Shown piece by piece: positions 11,881 through 22,702 of a stretch of 64,000 nt of DNA. The DNA comes from Leucoraja erinacea. Lineage: Eukaryota. Location: the NCBI RefSeq assembly GCF_028641065.1, contig NC_073402.1, forward strand, positions 20,956,001 to 21,020,000, given 5' to 3'. The notes below the pieces were generated by a model, which was given only the letters and a program-made list of their open reading frames with translations, was not told the DNA's origin and ran no database searches. The first letter of the stretch is position 1, and each line of letters starts with the position of its first letter. Position numbers and translations under genes: made by a program.

Positions 11881-12609
11881 TGGAGCCTCGACCCAGTGTC
11901 CCGACCAAGAATTCCATCTCTCCATGTCCTCCAGAGATGTTGGCCCACCCACTGTGTTCCTCCAGCACTTACTGTCCTTTATCCTGTGGGTAATGCCACC
12001 CCGGATGACAGTGTTTGAAAAACAAAATGCCACATCGCTATCTGCTATGGCAGGATGTGGGTCCGTATTTGCAGACCCAACCCTCAACCACGTGTTCATT
12101 GCAAAAAAACATCTTGCCTCTGCTTTTATGCGGCACGTTGGCACTGGTGAAAATTTGATTTAGATTCATGGAGGTCAAAGTTCTGAATTTACTTGAGTTT
12201 GCATTGAATCAAAGAGTGATATAAATGAGCAGCAATCAGTCTGTTGGAGGGGCTCGTTAACTTGAGCAGCATACGTGGGAGGGGGAGAGGTGGGGGGGAA
12301 GGAATTGCCGATGTTTCTAGTCGACACCCGAAAGGTTGACAATCCCTCTCTTCTTTTACCCCCTCCCCACAGATGCTGACAGATGCTGTTAGTTCCTCCA
12401 GCAATGTGCTTGTTGCATCAAATTTCAGCATCAGTAGTCTCTTGTGCCTCTATTGCTACAAATGAGGCCGGTGCAGTGATTCAATTATCATAATCCAAAG
12501 GCAGAAATGAGCACATTTCCACTTTTTCCATCTACCTCCAACCCCAGCTACTAAAAACTGCAGAGTTCAGTAAGGTCTTGAGTGATTGTTGCTCATGTTT
12601 TTTCTCAGC

Positions 12610-12895
12610 TTTAATTTAGTTTAGAGATACAGCACGGAAACAGGCCCTTTGTCCCACCGAGTCTGCACCGACCAGCGATCCCAGCACATTATCCTACACA
12701 CACTAGGGACAATTTAGACTTATTCCATGCCAATGAACCTACAAACCTGTACGTCTTTGGAGTGGGGGAGGAAACCGAAGATCTCGTGCAGTCACGGGGA
12801 GAACTCCATACAGACAGCACCCGTAGTGGGGATCGAACCCGGGTCTCTGGTGCTGCAATTGCTGTAAAGCCGCAACTCTACCGCTATGCCACCAG
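12610..12895 (-). mobile_element. HE1/V-SINE-like SINE
   Basis: tttagtttagagatacagcacggaaacaggccc tail, V-domain, gatcgaaccc (B box on minus strand). Confidence 0.85.
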
Positions 12896-13281
12896 TACGC
12901 CCATCTTTCTTAGCCTGTTCACATTTATTCTATTTTGATCACTCTTTTGAGAAAATATATATGTTACCTCCTCTGAACCTATGTCCTCTTATTCTATTCA
13001 AGCACCTTCTGTATCATTTGCAATTTTTCTTTTGTCTTCCAATTACATCATTCTGCAAGCTCATTTAGACATTGTTCTTCCATCTGAATAGCTGTGGAGG
13101 CCAAGTCGGTGGATTTAAGGCAGAGATAAATAGATTCTTGAATAGTACAGGTGTTGGAGGTGATGGTGAGAAGGCAGGAGAATGGGGTTAGGAGGGAGAG
13201 ATAGTTCAGCCATGATTGAATGGCAGAGCAGACTTGATGGGCTGAATGGCCTAATTCTGCTCCAAACACTTGTGATCTTAT

Positions 13282-13463
13282 GGTACACAAAAATGCTGGA
13301 GAAACTCAGCGGGTGCAGCAGCATCTATGGAGCGAAGGAGATAGGCAACGTTTCGGCCCGAAACGTTGCCTATCTCCTTCGCTCCATAGATGCTGCTGCA
13401 CCCGCTGAGTTTCTCCAGCATTTTTGTGTACCTTCGATTTTCCAGCATCTGCAGTTCCTTCTT
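13282..13463. mobile_element. Perfect 151-bp fold-back Penelope-derived element with 19-bp TSD
   Basis: 74-bp arms 13282-13355 / 13359-13432. Direct repeat AAACACTTGTGATCTTATG at 13264-13282 and 13464-13482. Confidence 0.9.
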
Positions 13464-14818
13464 AAACACTTGTGATCTTATGATCTTTTCAGATGAGGTG
13501 ACCCATCGAACCTTTAAAGTGGACCCGAGTGATCCCCTTGCTATGTTTGGAGGGAGAAAAACAGAAAAGCTGGTCTGACAGTATTAGAGAAACAGGGAAT
13601 GTTTCAGAATTGGGACCCTTCGCAAGATCTAAGAAAACGAGAAACTTGTTAGTCTGGGTAACAGTGGTGGGTGGATCAAAGGAAGCTTCTCCGATCGAGT
13701 GATGTTGCAGGTGGGATCAGATTGAGCTGCTATGGCTGTGCAGTTTGTTGCTATTATTGGCTTAGCTTACTGGGACATACCCAGACTATACAAAGAAAGG
13801 AAAAGAAAATACAATAGCAGGCAAAGATAGTTCTTGTATAGACAAGGAGAAAGAGCATACTTGATGATTTAAAAAAAGACACCAAATGCTGGAGTAACTC
13901 AGAGGATCAGGCAACATCCCTGGAGAACATGAGTAGGTGACGTTTCCATGTTCTATCACCTTCCGTCTCCTATCCATGTTCTCTGGAGATGCTGCCTGGC
14001 CCACTGAGTTACTCCAGCACTTTGTCTTTTTTTTTTTTTGGTGTTGTTGTAAACCAGCATCTGCAGTTCCTTGGTTCTACAAACTTGATGCTGCTGTGTT
14101 TTCTACAATGGTGACTACACTGCGATACTGTTTTGTTGAGAAGGACTTTAGGATATCATGAGAGGCACTAAATAAATGCAGCTTCTCTGTAGATCATAAG
14201 GGAACATTTACCCCATACATTTTTGTCATATTGGCAGAGTCACGGGTCACCTGAAACGTGGGCCTTCAGTTGATGAAAGTGGAGAACATTTTATCAAAAT
14301 ATCCACAGGTGCTGCAATCCAGATCCATGCATCTCATCCCCTCTCTTATATTTCCCAGCAAGTTTCATCCCTCTGCCTGCTCTTCCCACCGCCAACAGCT
14401 CTGATCATCACCCCGTTCCGCTCTTGCCCACCCCTAGCCCCCATTCCCGCCAAGTCAGCTTTCCCTCATAAATCGACTTCCAATGCAAAGAACGTGGTGT
14501 TCACGTTGCCAGGGAGCTGCCCTGAATGAGTTGGATAACTTGGTAACATGCAATAGATAATTGATTGTGGGCTAAGGGCTCAGTTTGGTATGAGAGGATG
14601 TTTGGTGACCCGCACATTGCAAACCAAGACATGATTCCTTTATAGACACAACATGCTGGAGTAACTCAGTGGGACAGTCAGCATCCACGAAGCGAAGGAA
14701 TGGGTGACTTTTCCTGCACATGATTCCCTTCTCATTCACTTTTCTTTTCACTTGTTGTTTTATTGTTTCTTAAATTTGCCTTCTAACCCTTTTTCTTAAA
14801 CATGTTTTTAAAATCTAG

Positions 14819-14933
14819 GATATCCTATTGTACGGCAGACAAAGTACATGATAAAGTTTTTGCCTACATTGCTCAGAGCCAGTTGAACGAGACATTGGAA
14901 TGCCATGCCTTCCTGTGCACAAAGAAAAAGCTG
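14819..14933 (+). CDS. LDLRAP1: LDLRAP1 coding exon 4 (PTB domain)
   Basis: tctag acceptor, gtgagt donor. 115 bp, (R)ISYCTADKVHDKVFAYIAQSQLNETLECHAFLCTKKKL. Confidence 0.97.
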
Positions 14934-15009
14934 GTGAGTTCTTGTTTCCTCATTGATGACCCTTCCTCTTTTCTTTCATGTTTGCTCCTGTTTATAAGTA
15001 TTCACACTT

Positions 15010-15332
15010 TTTAGTTTTGTTTAGAGATACATCGTGTGTACAGGCCCTTTGGGTCACTGGGTCTGCACCGACCAGCGATCCCGGCACATTAACACTATCC
15101 TACACACGTTAGGGACAATTTACACTTATGCAACGTACACACACCCAAGCCAATTAACCTACAAACCTGTACGTCTTTGGAGCGTGGGAGGAAACTGAAG
15201 ATCTCGGTGAAAACCCACACAGTCACGGGGAGAACGTACAAACTCCGTACAGGCAGCACCCATACTCTGGATCGAACCCGGGTCTCCAGAGCTGTAAGGC
15301 AGCAACTCTACCGCTGCGCCACTGTGCCACCC
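15010..15332 (-). mobile_element. HE1/V-SINE-like SINE
   Basis: Full head, V-domain and tail on the minus strand. Confidence 0.88.
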
Positions 15333-15360
15333 ACAATTCCACCCTAACTAATGGTATATG

Positions 15361-15573
15361 CTAGCCCTTGCTGTCTCCTCCCCTTCCTTAACCCTCGAGC
15401 TGTCTCCTCCCATCCCCCCGCCCTCGGGCTCCTCTTCCTCCCTTTTTCCTTCCTTCTCCCCCCCACCCCCCATCAGTCTGAAGAAGGGTTTCGGCCCGAA
15501 ACGTTGCCTATTTCCTTCGCTCCATAGATGCTGCTGCACCCGCTGAGTTTCTCCAGCATTTTTGTGTACCTTC
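15361..15573 (+). mobile_element. Penelope-derived element with intact hammerhead core, 11-bp TSD
   Basis: AATGGTATATG at 15350-15360 and 15574-15584. Pyrimidine-rich leader, then CTGAAGAAGGGTTTCGGCCCGAAACGTT. Confidence 0.85.
15474..15508 (+). ncRNA. Putative minimal (type I) hammerhead ribozyme motif, representative copy
   Basis: CUGAaGA (15478-15484), extra A, stem II GGGU-UUCG-GCCC, GAAA (15498-15501), palindromic helix III ACGU, cleavage triplet GUU. Stem I is only about 2 bp. Activity not demonstrable from sequence. Confidence 0.6.
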
Positions 15574-16366
15574 AATGGTATATGATATGCAGTTCTAAGC
15601 AATCTCCAGACCCTATCACCCTTCTCCAACACTACTGCAGGTTTGTTTCAAAGGTCACCAGTTGCTGTCCAAGCTGGTAGTCTCTGTTGTGATAGAGCTA
15701 AGAATAATACTGTTGAGAAAAAAAAGCTTAAAATAAATCTTCTCTGAATGTCTGTGTTTCCTGGAGATTCAGTTCCATAGCAGAGTATTTTGTTTGATTT
15801 TTAAAAAGCCTGAATTGTGTCGAATGTCTTAAGGACAGACACCACATTGTTATCTGGAGAAGATCCCTCGAGACCAGATCAATCTCTGTGCTTGCCACTA
15901 ATAAACCTTTCAAAGTGTGTCAGTAAAGAGAATAGCAGATGCTGACATTAGAAGCAAAAACATCTCCCAAATGCAACTGAGGATGTGCCATAACGTTTGA
16001 AATGTTTGCCTTTCTAGGTTCTAAGGTTATTTATAGTCGGGTTCTGTTTTCTCTGAAGCGCAAACCTGGTGAAATGATGAAACAAATCATTTTGTCTTTC
16101 ATTTTAGTGTCTCATTGCATCACCAATCAACAATTACATTTAGTTTCATCTCGGGTTAAGATCTGACATTTTCTCTGTAATCTAAAACTCTGGGTTGTTT
16201 TGAGTGCGGCAGTAAGTAACATTGCTAAATTTAGATCAAGTTGACTGCTCTTTTTGGTTAAACTTGCAAAAAAGCCATGAAAATAAGGAAGAGATTTCTT
16301 TATATCCATTTTGCCTATTCTGGATAGGAATTCTACCTCTCTAAACAATCTGTTGTCTCTTCCTAG

Positions 16367-16439
16367 GCTCAAGCAGTGACATTAACAGTGGCTCAAGCTT
16401 TCAAAATAGCTTTTGAATTCTGGCAAGCAGCCAAAGAAG
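16367..16439 (+). CDS. LDLRAP1: LDLRAP1 coding exon 5 (PTB C-terminal helix)
   Basis: cctag acceptor, gtaggt donor. 73 bp, AQAVTLTVAQAFKIAFEFWQAAKE(E). Confidence 0.97.
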
Positions 16440-16639
16440 GTAGGTTTGCTTTATCAGGGTTAAATCGTGAAAATGAACACTTATTGATCTTCCTATTTAA
16501 CTGCTTCATGCTTGCAACAAAACAGTTTTGAAAAAAACAAGCTGCCCCTTCATTCTGTGTCATCCCTTGTGATAATTGCCACATTTGGAGTATGTTTTGT
16601 TTTGCAGTGTTTCTGCAGATTGCAGCTGCCACAGCCACA

Positions 16640-16915
16640 GCCACTGCCTTGCGGTGCCAAAGACCCGGGTTTGATACTGACCTCGGGTGCTGTCTGTGTG
16701 GAGTGTGCACGTTCTCCCTGTGACTGAGGGGTTCCTCCAGTTTCCTGCCACATCCCAAAGATGTGTGGGTGTATGGGTTAAATGTCCTCTATAAATTAAC
16801 CCCAGTGTATGGAGGATATACAGATGTGAAACAGAACTAGTGCGAACGGGTGATCGGTGATCAGCATGGACTTGTAGCACCTGCTTTCATGCTGTATCTT
16901 TCAATCAATCAAACG
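16640..16915 (+). mobile_element. HE1/V-SINE-like SINE
   Basis: gacccgggtttgatactgac...gtgctgtctgtgtggagtgtgcacgttctccc V-domain; (TCAA)n tail. Confidence 0.8.
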
Positions 16916-18017
16916 CATTTCTGCTTCCTTCATCATGTTTGTAAAAGCCCTCTGGCGGAGTTCGTTCCCCAACACGCTGAGGCTCATGTTACTCTGCCTG
17001 ATGTTGTATGGAAGTAAATATCTGATGCCTCCCATACATGAAGGTTGATGTCTTGCCCATCTCTATCTCTGCCTTTCGAAGCCGGTATGAATAATTTTGA
17101 GTTTGACAAGTAATTCCTCTCTTTGTGAGAGGTGGTTCGTGACTAATTGGAGTAAGAGCCACTAGGCCGCTGATTTTGCCCGAGTCGTGGATCCATGCTT
17201 TGTGTAAAATTAACAGGCCCACAAAAATATTCCCACTCTGCTCCTGCCTGTAATCAGTGAGTAACCACAGCTGATGCAATGCATCTCGTCATCCCTGGGG
17301 CAATGAATCATCTCTTGTCTCGTTAGTTTAAAAAAATACCGATTGTCTTACAATTTCCATTTGCTATCCCGCCCCCCCCCCTCCACCTTCCAAAAAAAAC
17401 AAAAGAGCATCCACGAGGAGAAAGTTTTCATCCTTTAAGTTTTAACATTGACTATATGGTAGCACCTTTAAGGAAACAAAGCATTTGTTCCCTTGCCAGC
17501 TAGCTTGCCTGTTTGTCACAGATTTTAACTTGTTGCTGTTTGTAATTCTTTTCCTCATCTGAAGGTCAGGGTTTAATGATACAGCACTTCATTGATGGGT
17601 TTGTACACTGACCTTGAGCAACAAATGATGGTTCCTTTGTCCGATGTGTTGTTTTAACTTTAATCTGTTTTAGTGGAGAGAATAGAACTGGTTCAATTAG
17701 GTTTTTTTTCCCCTCTTCACTAGTTGGAAAGTCTGGTCGGATCCTTTGAGGTAATGACCTGATGGAGCTGCTTCTGGGTTTCATTGTTTATTTCTTGTTG
17801 TTATTATAATTATAACATTTATATTTGTAATTTTCTAACTATACATTGGCAATTTGTTTAATGTGCCTCATGATAAATTTACCAAGGTATGTTCTTGAGA
17901 ATATAGTGGGTCATGCCATATCACAATGTCTATGATGGGTAAAATAGGTAGTGGTTTATTTTCTATTGTGTCAAGTTTGTGTTATCCTGTACAATTGATC
18001 TCTTGATCTCTTTGCAG

Positions 18018-18110
18018 AGAAAGGGAAAAGAGCAGCGGTTGTGACAGCTGATAGTGGAGCCACTGGGAAACCTTGTTCGGAGAAATCCACCAATAACCAT
18101 TTCAAAACTG
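18018..18110 (+). CDS. LDLRAP1: LDLRAP1 coding exon 6 (variable linker)
   Basis: ttgcag acceptor, gtgagg donor. 93 bp, phase 1-1, (E)KGKRAAVVTADSGATGKPCSEKSTNNHFKT. Weakly conserved sequence but correct position and phase. Confidence 0.88.
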
Positions 18111-18136
18111 GTGAGGCCATTTTACTTCTTGAAGTG

Positions 18137-18722
18137 GTTTAGTTTAGTTTCGAGACACAGCATGGAAACGGGCCCTATGCCCCAAGCTGACCGTTGATCA
18201 CCCATCCATGTTTGGGGTGGCGCAACGGTAGAGTTGCTGCCTTACAGCACCAGAGACTCGGGTTTGATCCCGACTGTGTGCTGTCTGTACGGAGCTTGAA
18301 TGTTCTACCTGGGACCACGTGGATTTTCTCCAGGGGCTCCAGTTTCCTCCCACATTCCAAAGACATGTAGGTTGATTAACTCTGCAGATTGTCCCTCGTG
18401 TTGATAGTGCTAGTGTACGGGGTGATCGTTGGCCAGCATGGACTCGGTGGGCCAAAGGGCCTGTTTCCACGTTGTATCTCTAAACTATAAATGAGTTCTA
18501 TAATATCCCACTTTCACATCTTACACACAGGGGGCAATTTCCAGAAGCCAATAAAACTACAAACCTGCACGTCTTTGCGATGTGGGAGAAAACTGGAGGA
18601 AAGCCATGTGATCGCAGGTAGAATGTGCAAACTCTGAGCAAACAGTACCTGTAGTCAGGATTAAACCCCACGGCTCCAGCACTGTGAGGCAGAAGCTCTA
18701 CTGCTGAGCTACTGTGCTGCCC
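18137..18722. mobile_element. Cluster of three oppositely oriented HE1-like SINE pieces
   Basis: Minus-strand tail 18137-18205, full plus copy about 18214-18490, minus copy about 18500-18722. Confidence 0.8.
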
Positions 18723-19512
18723 ATTATCCCATCCCTGCTGCGGTGATCCCATCTGCGAAGTACAAAGGGCCAAAGAGCACAGGGAACCGTGGGCTGAGAA
18801 TGTTGCTTGGAGACGGTGCTGAGATGTGTAGCTCCTATTTTGCCCTTTGCTTCCCGTCCTCCTTGCATGAAACTCCACAATCTAGTGGCAAAGCGGTGCC
18901 GTTTGTGGTCTTCACCGCATGATTGTCCTACTTTCTCTGGCGTGGAAGCATAATTGCAACTTATGAAAGATGCTTTGGAGCACCGGAAGTCATAATACTT
19001 TGAAGTTGCGCTCCACAGCACAGGAAATGACACTGCTTTTGCGGATTTGAACCTGAATTTTGGATCCTCCTGGAAAAGGATGAATTGGACCAGATTTATT
19101 TCAATACCTTTATTTTAACTATGTAGTTTAACTCAAAAGTTTTTTCTCAAAAAAATAAATCTGTTTTGTGCACTCCATGTGGTGCTTCTGTGTCTTTGAG
19201 TTGCTCAAGGAATAGACTTCATTGAGGGGCTGTTTCTTGAAGATATTGCTCCTTAGGCAGATGTCTTTGAGTAAAACTCATCCTGTTCATAACCATCGAA
19301 CTGGGTAGATACTGGGCTGATTGAGGGAGGTGTGAATTATTTTTGCACACAATTAATTTAAACTTTGGATGTGAAAATGTTCTTGTCCATGGTTGAGCTG
19401 CTTTGCGGCAATGTTCACTGTTGCATTCTCTGTCGGGCAATCTTTCCAAGGTGGGGAAGGGAACTAGGGAAATCAGCGTCGAGATGCTGTACACAGTCTT
19501 ATTCCTGTTGTG

Positions 19513-19699
19513 GGTACACAAAAATGCTGGAGAAACTCAGCGGGTGCAGCAGCATCTACGGAGCGAAGGAAATAGGCAACGTTTCGGCCCGAAACGTTGC
19601 CTATTTCCTTCGCTCCATAGATGCTGCTGCACCCGCTGAGTTTCTCCAGCATTTTTGTGTACCTTCGATTTTCCAGCATCTGCAGTTCCTTCTTGAACA
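19513..19699. mobile_element. 151-bp fold-back Penelope-derived element with 14-bp TSD
   Basis: Arms 19513-19663 with one mismatch. CTTATTCCTGTTGT at 19498-19511 and 19700-19713. Confidence 0.9.
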
Positions 19700-19772
19700 C
19701 TTATTCCTGTTGTAGCTGGACTGTTTGGTAATAAATAACAAGTTAATTTTTTTTTTTTAAACTTCCGTACAG

Positions 19773-19885
19773 AAGTAGCGACAGGGGATTTGTTGGATTT
19801 AACAGAAGGTGCAAAACCTGCAAACCATAGAAGAGAGCTGTCCGACGCAGATAAGAAATACTCTGCCAATGACAACCTTGTGTGG
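19773..19885 (+). CDS. LDLRAP1: LDLRAP1 coding exon 7 (clathrin-box region)
   Basis: poly-T tract + tacag acceptor, gtaaga donor. (E)VATGDLLDLTEGAKPANHRRELSDADKKYSANDNLVW, compare human VATGNLLDLEE...VVW. Confidence 0.93.
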
Positions 19886-19944
19886 GTAAGAACATCGGTC
19901 CCGAGCAAGAAAGTGTTGTCATTAATCAACCTATAGTTGTAGAA

Positions 19945-20170
19945 AGGGACACAAAGTTCGAGACTAACTCAGCGTGCCAGGTAGCATCCTTGGAGAACAT
20001 GGATCGAGACCCTTCTTCAGACTCTCGTTTCAGGTCGAGACCCTAATTCAGATCTCAACCCGAAACGTCACCTATGCACGTTCTCCAGAGATGCTGCCTG
20101 ACCTGCTGACTTACTCCAGCACTTTGTGTCCTTTTGTGTATTAACCAGTATCTGAAGTTCATTGTTTCTG
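19945..20170. mobile_element. Older fold-back Penelope-derived element
   Basis: gacacaaag...actcagc arm, cccgaaacgtcacc core, reverse arm. TTGTAGAAA on both flanks. Confidence 0.7.
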
Positions 20171-20834
20171 CAATTGTAGAAATCTTGCTTCATTTTCATA
20201 AAAACATCGATTAAAATCTTTGCACTGGGTTGTATAAGACAGTGAGAAACCAGCTGACTAGGGGTGCGGTGGGTGTAACCCTTGGACATGTTTTCGTTAA
20301 TCCTGATAGTAATCCTCGGTGGTGTAGCGGTAAATCCCCATTTCTGTGGGTGACATATCTGCAGGATTCATATGATCCTGAAGCAGTAACAGAAGGGAAA
20401 AGTTTTAACCCAGTGAACAAACATGTGGATTGTAAATGGGGTGGAATTCTCAGCAGTTGGCACTTGAGAACCAGCTTGCTGAGATTTATGGAGGCAAATT
20501 AAATAAGACAAGCTGCTCCCAAGGGCAGATTAGCATTTATAATGTAACATGATGGTCATGAAGTTCCTGCTTTAAGAGTTTCACTCGGAGCAGCTAGTTT
20601 TCCCAGACCAGGGGATACATCATGGGTTAAGTGAGAAGAGTAAAGTGTTGTTGGGGGTGGGGGGGGAGGGAGGGCGGGAGGGGGGAGGGGGAAGAATTTG
20701 AGGTATGGGAGCGTTTATGTTGTCTGCCCACAGAGCCTCCACCATCACTGCAGTCTGCTCTCATGTACTCCACGCCTGCCTGTTGATCGGTTTGGCTTTT
20801 TGTTGGATACTCCCACCCATCCTGCACCTTAGAC

Positions 20835-21135
20835 GTTAGAGATACAGCGCGGAAACAGGCCCTTTGACCCACCGAGTCCACGCCGACCAGCGATACGCTA
20901 GATTTATCCTCCACACTAGGGCCAATTTTCAATTCTACCAAAGCCAATTAGCCTGCAAACCTGTACATCTTTGGGGTGTGGGTGGAACCCGGAGCACCCG
21001 GAGAAAACCCACACGGTCACAGGAAGAACTTACAAATTCTGGACAAACTCTGTACAGATAGCACTGGAAGTCAGGATCGAACCGGGGTCTCTGGCGCTGT
21101 AAGGCAGCAACTCTACCAGTGCAGCACAATGTTGT
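20835..21135 (-). mobile_element. HE1/V-SINE-like SINE
   Basis: Tail, V-domain and ggatcgaacc (B box, minus strand). Confidence 0.85.
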
Positions 21136-21639
21136 CCCTGCCATTATAACACAGCTGCGTACGTATCCAAACCCTTATCCCCCAGGGTGACTGTGTGCCC
21201 AGTTTACACATTGTCCCTGAAATTGCCGGCCACTTCCTTCTTTATTATTTCCTCTCCCGCACACGCTGCCACGTCCCACAATTTGTGCGGTGTTGCTAAC
21301 CCTCCTAGTTTAAATGTGGACCATTATTTGACACAAAATGCTGGAGTAACTCAACGGGGCAACAGCATCTATGGACAAAATGGATAGGTGATGTTTCGGG
21401 TCGGGATCCTTCAGTGGTGGGGGAGGAAAAACTGGAAGGGAAAAGAGGCAGGACAAATCAAAGCTGACATCAGATGACCTCTGGGGAAGGGGTTCCTGGA
21501 TAGGCAGGTTGTTGGATTGTACCCTTCTCCAGTTACTCTAACATTTTGTGTCTATCTTTGGTATCAACCAGCATCAGCAGTTTCTGTTCCATTAGTTGAA
21601 TAGATTGGTATTAAAATGATATTTTCATTATATTTTCAG

Positions 21640-21674
21640 GAAATAAACGATGATTTGGATGAAGCCTTTGCAAG
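21640..21674 (+). CDS. LDLRAP1: LDLRAP1 coding exon 8 (AP-2 beta2-binding motif, first half)
   Basis: ttttcag acceptor, gtaaaa donor. 35 bp, EINDDLDEAFA(R), compare human ELDDGLDEAFSR. Confidence 0.95.
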
Positions 21675-22702
21675 GTAAAACTGAGTTTGTTCCCTTTTGC
21701 TGTTTAAAATGTCTACCCTATGTGTAAATTGTCCCGCTGGGCAGCACAGAATGACCAAAATGATCTTGCCATGCGCCCATCTCATCTCTCCTTTTGAATT
21801 TTCCAAGCTGCAATTGGGACAGCTTTAACTCGGCTACAGGTAATTGCTGTGAATGCATGCGTTGAAACTCTCAGCCAACCAACCCTGCATCACTTCATCT
21901 CTGCACGGAGTGTAACGACAAATGTACGCACCAGAATTCCGGTTCACTTGACTCGGGTTTCACCCTGTTGAGTTTAATTGCCTGTTGCCAATCAGACTAG
22001 GGGGGTCATGTTGTGCAGAGAGAATGTGGTACATTTTTTTGACTAATTATTTTGCGCACAAAATCCTCCTCACCACCACGTCATTCATTTTGGATTTGGG
22101 AATGCATCAAGCATGAGTTTGCTTCTTTTGCCTGAAAATATGTCATTAGTAAATCTAGAGCTAAATAAAATAAAATTATAATGATAATAAAATGATATCG
22201 CCAGTATCGATAGTAACTAAAATGTGAACGCAAGTTCCTGACATATGGACCTGCTTATTTCTGTTGATTTGTTTTACTGAGTGTTTTCAGTGTCTGCGGA
22301 GGGCAAAGCAAAGCTAGTGTTACACAGCAGTGAACTTCCATCAGTGTTTGGATTTCCAGTGTCTGCAGCATTTTGGAATTAATGATAGCAATCTAAATCA
22401 TCGTTGTTTGGGGGAGGATGTTGAAAAGTGTACAGTTGCCAAATTCGGATGACTTTTGTGTTCCTTGGCTGTTAAATTGCAATTCTTGCACGTTAATTAT
22501 TTTTAGTTAAAGAACAGTGAACTAAGAACAGCGGCCATGCAATAACTGTGTATCTGTTAAGTAGTGAAAGGAGCCTTTGCTTGTGCAGTAATTGTAGTGT
22601 AACAACATTATGGAAGTATTTAGCAGCAGAGGGAGCAGGCAAGTTAGATTTTAAAATGCAAACAGAAGTAACTGGGTACAATGTTGATCACTCTTTTCCA
22701 TA

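Noticed and set aside
13282-13432. pre-miRNA
   Set aside because: The hairpin is too long and perfect, is multi-copy and has a TSD. A transposon origin explains it, though small-RNA production is not excluded.
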